Shown here one piece after another: positions 1-10,957 of a stretch of DNA of 49,973 nt (positions within the stretch are counted from its first letter, which is position 1; every line of letters begins with the position of its first letter). The translations under genes and the position numbers were made by a program. Where the stretch lies: the sequence record DRR723986_6330; one strand, given 5' to 3'. The notes beneath the pieces are model-generated. The model had not been told where the DNA came from, did no database searches, and saw only the letters and a program-made list of their open reading frames with translations.

Positions 1-45
1 GGCTTGCTCAGTGACGGCTTGCTCAGTGACAGCTTGTTCCGTGAT
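1..45. repeat. 15-bp in-frame tandem repeat (GGCTTGCTCAGTGAC, encodes VTEQA on minus)
   Basis: Two near-exact copies plus one degenerate copy. A second 15-bp doublet CTCGCTGGCAACTGG lies at 124-153. Confidence 0.8.
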
Positions 46-399
46 TTCAGGCTCGGTTGTTGCTTCGTCGTCTACCTCGTGCGTCACAACCTCGGCCGCG
101 ACTCTCTGTTCTTCCGCGTGAGCCTCGCTGGCAACTGGCTCGCTGGCAACTGGTGCTGGATCGATTTCGGGCGCGGTGTCATACGACGTCGTATCAGAAC
201 TGTATTCGCCCATATCCAGGTCGCTGGTGTCGATGGACGACGTATCGATGGACATTGTTTCCAAGACGGACGTATCCATCTCAGCGGAAAGCGATTGGGC
301 TTCCGTCGCTAGCGTTTGGGACTGTCCCGAACTTGGACGCTTTAGCTGCTTGATTTGCATGTTTTCGTCGAGTTCGATGTTCAGGTCGTCAAGGTTCAT
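1..399 (-). CDS. 5' part of a protein with a long acidic, low-complexity N-terminus (partial, runs off the window start)
   Basis: Not in the ORF track. ATG at 399 opens a stop-free frame to position 1: MNLDDLNIELDENMQIKQLKRPSSGQSQ...PVASEPVASE...EITEQAVTEQAVTEQA. In-frame 15-bp repeats support this frame. Confidence 0.75.
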   Translation of the reverse strand, partial: MNLDDLNIELDENMQIKQLKRPSSGQSQTLATEAQSLSAEMDTSVLETMSIDTSSIDTSDLDMGEYSSDTTSYDTAPEIDPAPVASEPVASEAHAEEQRVAAEVVTHEVDDEATTEPEITEQAVTEQAVTEQA

Positions 400-519
400 A
401 TTTCAATCAATCTAATTCTGGAAATCCCGCCACTAGTGCAGCGAAGCTTATGGATGCGGTGAGGTTCAAATGGGATTGCAGCAATGCTTCGCACGCGCGG
501 ACTCGCCAAACCGATGGAA

Positions 520-930
520 TGGGAAGCCTATCGCTAGGCGGACCATCTAGGAGGCAGACCGGGTTCGTACCCAGCAAACACGCGATAAAACGCAATGCAA
601 TCGTTGAGGTAATAATGATGTGAGCTGCTGAGCTGTCTATTTAGCCCAGGCAGTTCGTGGCACAAATTCGGCAACAAAGGTTGCCGGTGGGGAAAGCTGC
701 GTACATGACGCCGGTACTTGATAGACCGGCCAATCTTTCCCCTCAGTGCCGTACAGCAATAATGCGTACAGAAGAGGCGACTATCGCCGAAGCGATTCTT
801 CGCGACGGTGTTTTCCACCGTGAGAATGATGCTCTAAGCTGACTATGTCGAAGCATTTTCGCTAGTCAAGATAGAGTTTTCGTCAGGACCATTGGCCCTG
901 GCGACCCGAAAGCGGCCGTTCCCCGTTTCG
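520..930 (-). ncRNA. candidate structured 5' leader or ncRNA
   Basis: About ten short inverted repeats in a gene-free stretch upstream of the 1..399 gene, e.g. 669-675/680-686, 689-696/735-742, 710-715/725-730, 805-810/816-821. Strand is inferred from gene context. Confidence 0.4.
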
Positions 931-1021
931 TAGCGACTAGACTAACAGCAATCCCCCAAACCGCAATGGCAAATTCCAAGCCATTATCGCTTTGGAAGTC
1001 TGTGCGTTTTACGCGGCCTTC

Positions 1022-1963
1022 TCACCGTCGAAACTTATCGCGGCCTGGCTGGTCTTCGTTCGCTTCCGGGGAGGTCCCGGCGTTTGCGTCGGCGTCCGTG
1101 TTGATGTTCCGATACTGGACGGTGGCTTCGCCGGTTAGGCGGCCTGCGTAGCGACCGGCAACACGCATCATGGGGCCTGCGTAAAATGGTGCACCGGCAG
1201 CGAGCGGCGATACTGATAACGCTTCCGAAACCGTTGCACGACCGATCTGTGAGTAAGCTTCAGGGTACAGCTCACGCTGCAACTCAGCCTGCTCAGTGAC
1301 TTCCGCGTACGTCAACACATCGCTCGTCGTGCCAACGTGATGGAAGAGCGGCGCTACCGGAAAGTTCTGCAGCACAGCGTACGTTCCTGGTAATTTCTGC
1401 TTGCGGTATTGCTTCGCCTCGGCAGCAGCATAAAGGGCAGAAGTTGGCCGAACCGAGTTGAGACTCAGAGTGTTTGCATATGGATCATAGTGATCCGACC
1501 GCAACACTCGCCTTGGCAAGAGCGTGTACCGCAGCAGACTCATCGTCCCTCCAGTAGCTTTCCAGAACGGAGCCATGCTCTCGTTTTGCCAAATTCGTTC
1601 CCATTGTCCGGCCGGATTGTACACCCGCACATCAACATTGACGTCCTCCAGGCCATTGGCAAGCAAGTACTCCTGGCTGAGCGCGATTGCCTCTTGCCGA
1701 CCTGCCGCCTGTTGCCTCGCCGAAGGTGCTTCCTTGCCCAACAACTTCCGCGCGGCAACACGAGGAGCCTGAAGCATTCCTTCGAGCTTGTCCAGGCGAG
1801 GATGATCCCCACCATAGGTCACCGGATTCACCGGCTGCGAAGTGGGCACTCTCCCACTATCGTCACCGATGCCAAACGTATACTGTTTGCTAGCACATCC
1901 ACTGAAGCTGCACGCTGTGACGAGGCAGAAGGCAGCAAGGATTTGTAGCGCTGGTCGAGCCAT
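1022..1963 (-). CDS. hypothetical lipoprotein
   Basis: Start moved to ATG 1963: MARPALQILAAFCLVTACSFSGC is a signal peptide with a lipobox-like end. Long open frame. Confidence 0.75.
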   Translation of the reverse strand: MARPALQILAAFCLVTACSFSGCASKQYTFGIGDDSGRVPTSQPVNPVTYGGDHPRLDKLEGMLQAPRVAARKLLGKEAPSARQQAAGRQEAIALSQEYLLANGLEDVNVDVRVYNPAGQWERIWQNESMAPFWKATGGTMSLLRYTLLPRRVLRSDHYDPYANTLSLNSVRPTSALYAAAEAKQYRKQKLPGTYAVLQNFPVAPLFHHVGTTSDVLTYAEVTEQAELQRELYPEAYSQIGRATVSEALSVSPLAAGAPFYAGPMMRVAGRYAGRLTGEATVQYRNINTDADANAGTSPEANEDQPGRDKFRR

Positions 1964-2235
1964 TAAGATGCTAGCAAGGTTTGTCGGTGAAAGCGGCGAT
2001 ACAACGACACCTTGCCTTGGCAAGTGGTTGCAAACGCTGCAAGAATCGCATGCATGGTTACATCGTCAGTGCCGGTCGACTCAGTTAAGGGCATCATTCA
2101 AATGCTGGCGCAATAGTGACGGCATTCGTCACGACGCAAGCTTGATGACTGGCAGACGGTAAAGTGTACGCGGCAAGCAAGCGTTGGTTACGTTGAAGAC
2201 AAAGTTCAAATTAGGTAACGAAATAGAAGCCAGAT

Positions 2236-3444
2236 ATGCGTGCAGATTCATTTGTTATCGATGATCCCGAACTGTGCTATCTCGATGGCAACAGTCTGGG
2301 CAGGTTGCCGCTCAACGCCGCCAAACGAATCGAACAAGTCACTCAGCAGGGCTGGGGCAAACAGTTGATCGCCGGTTGGAACGCCGATTGGATTGACCTA
2401 CCGCAGCGGATCGGCACAAAGGTGGCCCCCTTGATCGGCTGTGCCCCAAATGAAGTCGTCATGGCTGATTCTACGAGTGTCAATCTCTTCAAACTCGCGA
2501 CGGCCGCGCTGGGAATACAACAAGATCGCAAGTTTGTTATCACCGATGCAACTATCTTTCCTTCTGATTTACACATACTTGAGTCTGCCATTAGAGCTTC
2601 GGCTGTGCCGTTTGAGTTGATGATTGTCGGGGGGCGAGATCAAACGTTGATTGATACTGAGGCCATCACTGCACAGATTGATTCGTCGACAGCGTTGGTC
2701 TGCCTGTCACACGTTGCGTTTAAGAGCGGGCAACTATTCGACTTGGAAGCAATCACCACAGCCGCGCACAATCATGGCGCGCTCGTGCTTTGGGACCTGA
2801 GTCATTCGGTCGGAGCGGTCCCGATCGATTTGGCCGCCGCTGGTGTCGACCTAGCAGTTGGATGCACCTACAAATACCTGTGTGGCGGGCCAGGGGCGCC
2901 GGCGTTTCTCTACTGCCGTCGCGACCTGCAGCCAATTCTTGACAATCCAATCGCTGGCTGGTTTTCGCACGCCAATCCGTTCGAATTCGACTCAGAATAT
3001 GTTCCCAGCGATGGTGTCGATCGATTCCTGACAGGCACGCCCCCCATACTGAGCTTGGCGGCCGTCGAAGCCGGAGTAGAACTCGTCGCTGAAGTTGGCC
3101 TGACAGCGATTCGCGAGCGATCCATTGAACTCAGCGAGCTCTTCATCAGCCAGTTCGATAAGGAGCTCGCGACGCAAGGCTTCCAACTGCGAAGCCCGAG
3201 AAACCCGGCACAGCGTGGATCACACATCTCGCTTGGTCACTCGGATGCTCATCGCATCGCCGAGAACCTGATCCAAAGATGGAAAGTCATCCCGGATTTT
3301 CGCACTCCGGATAACCTTCGCGTGGGAATCGCGCCTTTGTACAACAGCGAAGCAAATATCCATCGCTGTATCGAATCACTTGTCCGGACAGTGAAAGATC
3401 GTGAGTACGAGACGGTCGTGATGCCCGCGGCCAAGGTAACCTAG
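2236..3444 (+). CDS. kynU: kynureninase
   Basis: YLDGNSLG, WDLSHSVG, PLP-lysine motif GCTYKYLCGGPG, RGSH and DFRTPD. Confidence 0.93.
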   Translation: MRADSFVIDDPELCYLDGNSLGRLPLNAAKRIEQVTQQGWGKQLIAGWNADWIDLPQRIGTKVAPLIGCAPNEVVMADSTSVNLFKLATAALGIQQDRKFVITDATIFPSDLHILESAIRASAVPFELMIVGGRDQTLIDTEAITAQIDSSTALVCLSHVAFKSGQLFDLEAITTAAHNHGALVLWDLSHSVGAVPIDLAAAGVDLAVGCTYKYLCGGPGAPAFLYCRRDLQPILDNPIAGWFSHANPFEFDSEYVPSDGVDRFLTGTPPILSLAAVEAGVELVAEVGLTAIRERSIELSELFISQFDKELATQGFQLRSPRNPAQRGSHISLGHSDAHRIAENLIQRWKVIPDFRTPDNLRVGIAPLYNSEANIHRCIESLVRTVKDREYETVVMPAAKVT

Positions 3445-3572
3445 ATTGAGTTGACCAAGAACAGGTGCGTGAGGCTTAGCCCTTGGACGATCAGTGCTCC
3501 AACCAGCATTGGTTCAGCGGAGAAGGCTAAGTATCGCAACTGCGGCAGCCGTGAGCGATGGCACATGGCGTC

Positions 3573-4844
3573 CTATTGTGGTTCAAGACGATGTTTCTCG
3601 AGAAACTCAATTGCCAATTCTTGGACCTTCGGATCATCCATCAAAAACGAATGCATCCTCGGAACTTCGACAAAGCTACTTGCTCCATCCAGCTTTGCTT
3701 CCTCGACACTAACAACGAAATCCCCTGCGCCATCAACCAGTGGATTTGGAACGGAGTAATCTGAAAGGCGACCGGCCACAATCGCGAAAGGAAATGGCGG
3801 GATAGCTAGTCGTTTTTCAAGCGCATGCCATTCTGGACCAAGCTCCATACCTCCCTTGCCAGTAATCATGCCAAAGACGCCTGTCTTCGCCAATTGCCTA
3901 GCAATCGAGGCACCTTGGTTTGGTGGTCCAAGCATTACCATCGAGTCGATACGTGCAAGGGTCGCTTGGTCGCCAGCCCGCTGCCAGTCGCCGACCGCAT
4001 GGCGAACAACAATGTTGCCCATGCTATGACATACGAAGCTGATCTTCTTGTCATCTGGCAAATCCGCAATCACCTCTTTTAGTGCAGCGGCATGTTCTGC
4101 AATAGAAGCCCGAGTGCTAGCGTATTCAAAAACTCCGGTTCGGTAGTTCGTCTTGGCGGCGATCGCTTTTGCTATGCCATGCATCGACCCGCTTGACCGC
4201 CCAAGACCGTGGATCAAAAGCACGATCCGTTTCTCATCAAACTGAATGCCCGGATGTAGCCGCTCGAGCGCTTGACTGCAAGCAACTCGATTTCCCCAGG
4301 CGTGACGCATATTGTCGGGATCGATCAATCGAAAGTGACCGGTCATCGCATTCTGTTGAATTCGCCAGCCACATCGCCAGTGACGGTCGGTCCAAAACTG
4401 CACGCCGCCAAGTGTCGGCATCTTTACGTTGGGTAAACTCACGGAGGTCGCCTTTGGGTCATCGTTGACTTTTTTTGCGGCCGCATGTTCAGCGGCAGCT
4501 TGATCATTCTGCTGGGCGATTTGGCCGCCTGGCAGCCATCGTCCTAGCGAAGCTCGTATCTTTTCTACTGGCGTTGCTGCGCTGGTCTCTCCACGTTTGA
4601 CTTCCGTAGTTCTCTGTGGCTTGGGCGTGGATTGAGCCGCCGATTGGGCAGCACCGCTCTCCTTCGGCCCAGACTGGCTGGATTTAGATTGGCCGGTCCC
4701 AGATAGTTTCGCGCCTGTCTGTGAATTGCCTGTCGGAGGACTACCTGTTTGCTGGGCCAGTAGGGCGCTCAACGGTAATAACTGCAACGCTAGGATAGCA
4801 ACGAAGGTCGCTGCCACCTGGGTAGAAAACGGAATTCTTCGCAT
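3573..4844 (-). CDS. exported alpha/beta-fold hydrolase (lipase/esterase-like)
   Basis: Start moved to ATG 4844 (MRRIPFSTQVAA..., signal peptide). LIHGLGRS, nucleophile elbow CHSMG, MLGPPNQG, GDFVV and HSF. Confidence 0.8.
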   Translation of the reverse strand: MRRIPFSTQVAATFVAILALQLLPLSALLAQQTGSPPTGNSQTGAKLSGTGQSKSSQSGPKESGAAQSAAQSTPKPQRTTEVKRGETSAATPVEKIRASLGRWLPGGQIAQQNDQAAAEHAAAKKVNDDPKATSVSLPNVKMPTLGGVQFWTDRHWRCGWRIQQNAMTGHFRLIDPDNMRHAWGNRVACSQALERLHPGIQFDEKRIVLLIHGLGRSSGSMHGIAKAIAAKTNYRTGVFEYASTRASIAEHAAALKEVIADLPDDKKISFVCHSMGNIVVRHAVGDWQRAGDQATLARIDSMVMLGPPNQGASIARQLAKTGVFGMITGKGGMELGPEWHALEKRLAIPPFPFAIVAGRLSDYSVPNPLVDGAGDFVVSVEEAKLDGASSFVEVPRMHSFLMDDPKVQELAIEFLEKHRLEPQ

Positions 4845-5181
4845 TGATGAAATTCGCTTGCAAAAGACTGCCCGAGAAATGCAACTGTACACACTAACGG
4901 ATGCCGTGTTGATGATCTGTTTAACGCCCAAAGTTACCAATTGGCCATATCTTTGCAGTCTACAACGAAAACACGTCGGAAAGCTAAGCCAATACTGCCT
5001 GGTTGCCCCGACACCCGCAAAATCGCTCGCCAAGCGGTGGGCTGGCTTCTTCAAAGTAGTGGGACAACAATGCTTACCGCGAAAATGAGTCGAACGAAAA
5101 AGCGTTGAACGGGATTTCTCGTCGCTCGTTATAAGCAAACAGCGAGTCTCGAAGCGACGAAAAAATAGTCAAGGTGCAACC

Positions 5182-8100
5182 GTGGAACCGAGTACAAACG
5201 ACCTGCAGGCGTGGATCGATGTTGGTGGAACGTTTACCGACTGCATCTTGTCTCGGGGCGGCGAACTGAGTCGGATAAAGGTGCTTAGCTCCGGAGCGAC
5301 ACCGATCCAGGTTCTACGGCGAGACAACTCTGAAAGAGTGACGCGGCTATGGTGCGACGCGAATTGGCCAGCCGGTTTTTGGCGCGGCTGCAAGCTCGTG
5401 GAAACCCGACCTCCCGCCGATTCTCATTCCGCCACAGCTCGTGTCGAGCAGGCGATTACCGACAGCGGGAGCAACTGGTTGCAATTAGACCAAGCGGTTG
5501 CTGAGCAGTCGGGGCGACTTGAAATCCACACTCCGCTGCATGCCCCCGTTCTTGGCATACATCTACTTCTTGGGATTCCGGCGCTGAACAAGCTACCTTC
5601 TGTTGCTGTACGGCTAGGGACAACGCGCGGGACGAATGCGCTGTTGACGCGCCGCGGTGCCGACACAGTGCTCGCAATCACAGCGCCGTTCGAAGACTTG
5701 CTGGCCATCGGCGATCAGACTCGCCCAGACCTTTTCGCCTTGGACGTAGAAAAGTCTCCGCCGTTGCCCAGCGTGATTATTCCGATCGACGAACGCTTAG
5801 ATGCAACAGGTGCGGTGCTCGTTCCACTCGACGAAAAATTGGCCATCGGTAAACTTCAAGAAGCCTTCGACGCGGGCTCACGCTCGCTTGCGATTTGCTT
5901 AATGCATAGCTACCTGAATCCTGACCACGAAACTCGACTGGCTGAACTGGCGCGGCGTGTTGGTTTTCAGGATATCTCGGTCTCCAGCCAAGTGGCTCCA
6001 CTGATCGAAGTCGTTTCTCGAGCCGAGACGACGGCGCTTGACGCCTATCTGAGCCCCGTCATTCGAAGCTACTTGGAAGAGATCGCAAATCAACTGGGCG
6101 GCGCATCGTCGGTTGATTTGCAGGTGATGACAAGTGCTGGGGGGCTGGTCCAATGGTCGGAGTTTCGAGGGAAAGATAGCATCTTGAGCGGCCCTGCTGG
6201 CGGCGTGGTCGCACTGGAGCATATCGGCAAATCGCTCGGACTCAACAATTTGATTGGGATCGACATGGGCGGCACGAGCACCGACGTTTGCCGCGCTGAT
6301 GGTGCTCAGAATCTAGAATACGAATCATCAAAAGCCGGTGTCAGGATACTAACACCAACGGTTCCTATACAGACCGTTGCGTCAGGAGGAGGCTCGGTTT
6401 GCTGGTTCGATGGAGTATCTTTGCGAGTCGGTCCGCAAAGCGCTGGCGCATCCCCTGGGCCAGCCTGTTATGGTGCAGGCGGACCATTGACGCTTACCGA
6501 TGTCAATCTTCTGCTCGACATTTTGCCTGACGATCAGTTCCCCTTCCCACTGGATCGCTCCGCGGCAGAGAGTCGCATCGAAGAGCTATTTCACGAATGC
6601 CGGTCGGCGACGAACATTTCCTCGACGGAAGCACTGGCCGAAGGGCTCAGACGGCTTGCTTGTGAACAAATGGCTGAGGCGGTTCGAACGGTGTCGATTG
6701 CTCAGGGACGCGATCCGCGCGATCACGCCTTGGTTGGCTTCGGAGGAGCCGCCGGATGCCATGTTTGCGAGGTGGCGGATCTGCTAGGCATTCGGACGGT
6801 TATCGACCATCCCGATGCGGGCCTGCTGAGCGCCCTCGGAATGGGGCTTGCCGCAGGGCGACGGGACGCAACACTGCCGGTCTACTCAGGCATCGAAGAC
6901 GTCGATTTTGCTCGGGTTCAGCAAGATGCCATAGGAGCGGTCCAGCGATTGAGTGCCGCTGAATCCGCGCCCAAGTGTCTTTTCGAAATCCGATATGCAG
7001 GCACCGACTCAACGATCAGCGTACCGCAAACTGAGTTCTTGTTTGCTGAACTTTCTGTTGAGTCGCCAGAAAGGCGGCGTGAATTCTCACTTAAACTGCG
7101 GGCGGAATTTGAAGAGAAGCACCGCAGTCTATACGGATATGTTCAGCTCGATTGTGCTGTCGAGTTGGTTTCCGTGCGGTGCGAAGTTCTCTCTCTTGCT
7201 GCATACAGCCTACCTCGCGAGCATCAGCTTCCGCGCGATAGGCACTCAACGACCGCTACGCAACACCGCGAGCCTGAAAGCAACCGAACGGACGGACGCA
7301 TACCGACCGAGGCACGCTCTGATCTGGTTCCTGGCAGGCAGGTCGTGGGGCCATGCATCATCAACAACAGCGGTTCGACTCTCTACATTCCGGAGGGCTG
7401 GCATTCGTGCGTTGCCAGCCAGGGAACATTGGTGTTGGAGAAGGCTCAGCGTTCCGGAGTTGAAACGTCGCGCGAGGTCGACGCCGTGTTGCGTGACTGC
7501 TTCGCGCAGCGATTGAGTGCTATTGCTGATCAAATGGGAGTCGTGCTTAAACGAACTGCCACAAGCGTCAACGTCAAGCAGCGACAGGACTACAGTTGCG
7601 CGGTTTTCGATTGCGCCGGAACTCTGCTCGCCAACGCGGCTCACGTTCCGGTGCACCTTGGAGCGATGGGGGCGACGGTTCGCGGCATTATCCAGCGGTT
7701 CCCGCAAATGAACCAGGGCGATGTGTTCATTACAAATGATCCGTTTGAGGGCGGTTCTCATCTGCCGGATATTACCGTTGTCACACCAGTTTTCGCGCCC
7801 GATGGCTCGCCGGCTTTTTTTGTTGCGAGCAGAGCCCATCATGCGGATGTTGGTGGCATTGCACCTGGATCAATGAGTGTCACTGCCACCAATCTGGCTG
7901 AAGAGGGAGTGCTCATCCAGCCAAGTTACTTATCCCGGCAGGGGAGCGACCGGATCAGTGAAATCGTGGTTTCGATGCAACAGCATGACTTTCCACCGAG
8001 GAAACTCGATGATCTCCAAGCTGACTTGAATGCTCAGCGAGCGGCAAATCATCGAGGCGCGAGTTTGCTTGCTGACTACTGCGATCAACTTGCGAAGCAT

Positions 8101-9057
8101 GCTGGCACCGACGAAGCTCCGTGGCAGCCTTCGGAGCAGCTCGCCGAATCACTCTTGGAAGCTTCACAGCAACGCATGCAAATGTATCTGCAAGGTAATT
8201 TTCAGCCCAACGAAAGATTCACAGCTAGCGACCAACTCGAAGACGGCACTGCAATCAACGTTTCGCTAGAGCTCGACGAACAGGCCATCTTGCACTGCGA
8301 TTTTTCAGGCTCGGGTCCCACGTCGGCGACCAACCTCAACGCGAACCCATCGATCACTTCTGCAGCACTGCTTTATGTCCTCCGTTGTCTGATCGACGAC
8401 GACCTGCCGCTGAACGAAGGTGCGCTTCGGTGCATCAGCCTGATGATTCCTACGGGGGTTCTCAACTCTCAACGTGGCTCCACTGCGGCGGAAAGTCCTG
8501 CGGTTGCTGCTGGCAATGTCGAAACCAGCCAACGTATTGTTGATGTACTTCTGCAGGCACTTGGGAAGGCAGCTTGTTCGCAGGGGACGATGAACAATCT
8601 CTTGTTTGGCGACGACACGTTTGGTTTCTATGAAACACTTTGCGGCGGAGCCGGAGCTACGGCGAATCGTGATGGGGCAAGTGGAGTGCATACGCATATG
8701 ACCAACACTCGTTTGACCGATCCTGAGGTCCTGGAGAGTCGCTACCCGGTGCGGCTTGAAGAGTTCGGCCTCAGGCATGGATCGGGAGGAAGCGGGCTGC
8801 ACGGTGGTGGTGATGGAGTGGTGCGACGAATTCGTTTTCTGCGCGATGTGCAGCTTTCGCTGTTGACGTCACGCCGCGAGCAGGGGCCACCCGGGATCTG
8901 CGGAGGCGGCCCAGGTGCACCAGGAAGAAATGCCCTGATCGACGCTGAGGGCAATCAGACAGAGTTGCCAGCTTTCTGTAGTATGCAAATCAAAGCAGGA
9001 AGCCAGCTCAGGATCGAGAGCCCCGGCGGCGGTGGATTCGGACCGCTCGAGCCGTGA
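5182..9057 (+). CDS. fused hydantoinase A/B / ATP-dependent 5-oxoprolinase family protein
   Basis: [66 protein letters not shown] and C-terminal PGGGGFG. Confidence 0.92.
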   Translation: MEPSTNDLQAWIDVGGTFTDCILSRGGELSRIKVLSSGATPIQVLRRDNSERVTRLWCDANWPAGFWRGCKLVETRPPADSHSATARVEQAITDSGSNWLQLDQAVAEQSGRLEIHTPLHAPVLGIHLLLGIPALNKLPSVAVRLGTTRGTNALLTRRGADTVLAITAPFEDLLAIGDQTRPDLFALDVEKSPPLPSVIIPIDERLDATGAVLVPLDEKLAIGKLQEAFDAGSRSLAICLMHSYLNPDHETRLAELARRVGFQDISVSSQVAPLIEVVSRAETTALDAYLSPVIRSYLEEIANQLGGASSVDLQVMTSAGGLVQWSEFRGKDSILSGPAGGVVALEHIGKSLGLNNLIGIDMGGTSTDVCRADGAQNLEYESSKAGVRILTPTVPIQTVASGGGSVCWFDGVSLRVGPQSAGASPGPACYGAGGPLTLTDVNLLLDILPDDQFPFPLDRSAAESRIEELFHECRSATNISSTEALAEGLRRLACEQMAEAVRTVSIAQGRDPRDHALVGFGGAAGCHVCEVADLLGIRTVIDHPDAGLLSALGMGLAAGRRDATLPVYSGIEDVDFARVQQDAIGAVQRLSAAESAPKCLFEIRYAGTDSTISVPQTEFLFAELSVESPERRREFSLKLRAEFEEKHRSLYGYVQLDCAVELVSVRCEVLSLAAYSLPREHQLPRDRHSTTATQHREPESNRTDGRIPTEARSDLVPGRQVVGPCIINNSGSTLYIPEGWHSCVASQGTLVLEKAQRSGVETSREVDAVLRDCFAQRLSAIADQMGVVLKRTATSVNVKQRQDYSCAVFDCAGTLLANAAHVPVHLGAMGATVRGIIQRFPQMNQGDVFITNDPFEGGSHLPDITVVTPVFAPDGSPAFFVASRAHHADVGGIAPGSMSVTATNLAEEGVLIQPSYLSRQGSDRISEIVVSMQQHDFPPRKLDDLQADLNAQRAANHRGASLLADYCDQLAKHAGTDEAPWQPSEQLAESLLEASQQRMQMYLQGNFQPNERFTASDQLEDGTAINVSLELDEQAILHCDFSGSGPTSATNLNANPSITSAALLYVLRCLIDDDLPLNEGALRCISLMIPTGVLNSQRGSTAAESPAVAAGNVETSQRIVDVLLQALGKAACSQGTMNNLLFGDDTFGFYETLCGGAGATANRDGASGVHTHMTNTRLTDPEVLESRYPVRLEEFGLRHGSGGSGLHGGGDGVVRRIRFLRDVQLSLLTSRREQGPPGICGGGPGAPGRNALIDAEGNQTELPAFCSMQIKAGSQLRIESPGGGGFGPLEP

Positions 9058-9108
9058 ACTGCATTTGATCTAGGGCCACGGGAGTTGTCGATGAGGATCG
9101 AGCAGGCG

Positions 9109-9450
9109 CTACTGGCCTTTGGAGTGATTGAAGAAGGGAATCAAGCATTCGTAGTGGATCGAACACCTATAGCCTTTCGCTTTCGAGTCAGCGAGTAGAT
9201 CGTCATCAATTGCGCATAGTGCAATCGGGTTGTCGAAATCAATTCTCGTTCGTCCTAGGTGGCCAATAATTGGCCCGAGCGGCAAGCAGTGTCTTCGCAC
9301 TACTTGGAGGGCATCGTCGTCGGCCAGCGTTTCAACGGTAACATAACCGCGAATAGGGCGGCTCCCGATGAAGCAAGCCAGGGCAAACACGATACAGATA
9401 CTCAAGAGTACGGAGCCCGCTACGATCCGCCCAGCAGCAACGCGACTCAT
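9109..9450 (-). CDS. small hypothetical membrane-anchored protein
   Basis: Fills the gap between genes. N-terminal hydrophobic helix (IVAGSVLLSICIVFALACFIG). Start uncertain: ATG 9450 or TTG 9483. Confidence 0.5.
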   Translation of the reverse strand: MSRVAAGRIVAGSVLLSICIVFALACFIGSRPIRGYVTVETLADDDALQVVRRHCLPLGPIIGHLGRTRIDFDNPIALCAIDDDLLADSKAKGYRCSIHYECLIPFFNHSKGQ

Positions 9451-9514
9451 CCGTTCAACAAATGCTTCGTAAAGTTCATCCAAAGTTGCTACCTCCGGAA
9501 TCGGGAAAAATCGG

Positions 9515-10513
9515 CTACAGCGCGGATACGTTGACGTAGCGGAATTGCCCACCGGTGCTGTCGGCAAGTGCTTCGATCCAGCCACCGCGTCCAGCGGCAT
9601 TGCGGGTTCCAAACTGAATTGTGTGAATCGTGGCCCCTGCATTGGCCGCTCGATCAACAACGGACTCAAGCTCCCGCGTCGAAGGGGCCGGAACGTCGGC
9701 GTCAGTTAGGAAGAAGAGAACGTCGGGCCCCATGGCAAGTCCCATGCGGAGGGCATCAATGTGTTGCGTGCTTCCGTCGGCCACGACCCCTTTTACAAAG
9801 CGAAGTGCGTCACGCTTGTCGCGATCTGTGCCTCGTAGAATTTGTGGCCCCTGAGGACTGTTGCTGCCGAATGCCGTCGGATACTCGTTGTAGAAGATAA
9901 CTTGGAACTCATGGGCCTCTCCAAGTGAGCCGATGCTTTCGATCATCTCACGTTTGGCGGCGCGGAATGGTGCCCCCGAATAACCATTCATGCTGGCCGA
10001 CCGGTCGAACACATAGACGAAGCGGTGCCCTTCACCTTCGATGCCGAAAACTTGCGTCTTGGCTTTGGCGACGTCGCGATTTCCGCTGATTCCCGTTACA
10101 CCTTCACCAAGGCCCAGACCACCCGAGGCAGCCTCGGCGGCGCCACCGGCATCGGTGCTGCCCGGCAAAAGATCGGCCAAGGCAGCTTCGGCGGCAGATG
10201 CTAAATCGGCGGCTGTATCTGAAGGTAGCACTGATTCCGCACTGGGGGCTTCGGCAGCATCGCCGGATCCCTCAGCTCCTTCGACAAGTTCGTAAGACTC
10301 CTGGCCTTGGTAGACAACGGCAACTCCAATGGGTCGTCCCGGTTCATCACCGGTCCCCTTGGGCACATTGGTCCAGAAGACGGCAAGCACAACGATCAGG
10401 CTGACGTGAAACAGCAGCGAAACTAACCAAGCGGGCATGCTGCTAAGCGACACGCCCGTTCGCGGCAACTGCGGAATCTCCCGTCGCTTCAAACGTTTGG
10501 GTTCACTGCTCAT
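9515..10513 (-). CDS. membrane-anchored von Willebrand factor A domain protein
   Basis: TM segment AWLVSLLFHVSLIVVLAVFW, Ala/Gly linker, MIDAS DRSAS...T...LTD and GGQFRYV end. Confidence 0.88.
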   Translation of the reverse strand: MSSEPKRLKRREIPQLPRTGVSLSSMPAWLVSLLFHVSLIVVLAVFWTNVPKGTGDEPGRPIGVAVVYQGQESYELVEGAEGSGDAAEAPSAESVLPSDTAADLASAAEAALADLLPGSTDAGGAAEAASGGLGLGEGVTGISGNRDVAKAKTQVFGIEGEGHRFVYVFDRSASMNGYSGAPFRAAKREMIESIGSLGEAHEFQVIFYNEYPTAFGSNSPQGPQILRGTDRDKRDALRFVKGVVADGSTQHIDALRMGLAMGPDVLFFLTDADVPAPSTRELESVVDRAANAGATIHTIQFGTRNAAGRGGWIEALADSTGGQFRYVNVSAL

Positions 10514-10590
10514 CGTTGTTGCTTGTCAAATGCCTGCTTCTGAACCGAACGCACGTCTCTATCAGTGAATCGGAACCTGTCTGCTCTGGT

Positions 10591-10890
10591 TTAAGGGCCA
10601 GGGTCAGTGGCAGGAACAGTAACAGAAGTACCGTTAATTACTATCTCGATTTGGTCTGTGTCGCCTTCCTTTTGTTTTGGAGGACGATCACCCATAGTGA
10701 ACGTAACGACGATTGTTTCGTAATCGGATCCATAAAGATTGGTCGTGTGGACGGTTACGTCTTTGCATGGAGTCTCGCTCTTGCCTACTTTCCAATTCAC
10801 CTTTACAGATGATTTGTCCTTCGGCGGAGCTCCAACGATGACATGGTTTGTTGCTCCCGGGCTGAAATAGATGGTTGGTAGGATTTGCAT
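10591..10890 (-). CDS. small hypothetical beta-rich protein (one DTDQIEI domain)
   Basis: SD-like GAGGTG just upstream of the ATG. Clear paralogy to the C-terminal domain of the neighbouring 224-aa protein. Confidence 0.8.
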   Translation of the reverse strand: MQILPTIYFSPGATNHVIVGAPPKDKSSVKVNWKVGKSETPCKDVTVHTTNLYGSDYETIVVTFTMGDRPPKQKEGDTDQIEIVINGTSVTVPATDPGP

Positions 10891-10957
10891 TGGTTCTCAC
10901 CTCTGGTGAATTCTTGTTTGGTTTTCGACGCCTAAAGAACAGAACAACGAAGCAGCA

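Noticed and set aside
4-415. Plus-strand ORFs of 79-102 aa at the window start
   Set aside because: They are shadows of the open minus-strand frame starting at 399.
407-842. Short ORFs (61-94 aa) in the structured intergenic region
   Set aside because: No convincing SD or protein-like composition, and they overlap each other.
4845-5138. N-terminal extension of the 521-aa hydrolase ORF
   Set aside because: The signal peptide begins at Met99, so the extension is probably promoter region.
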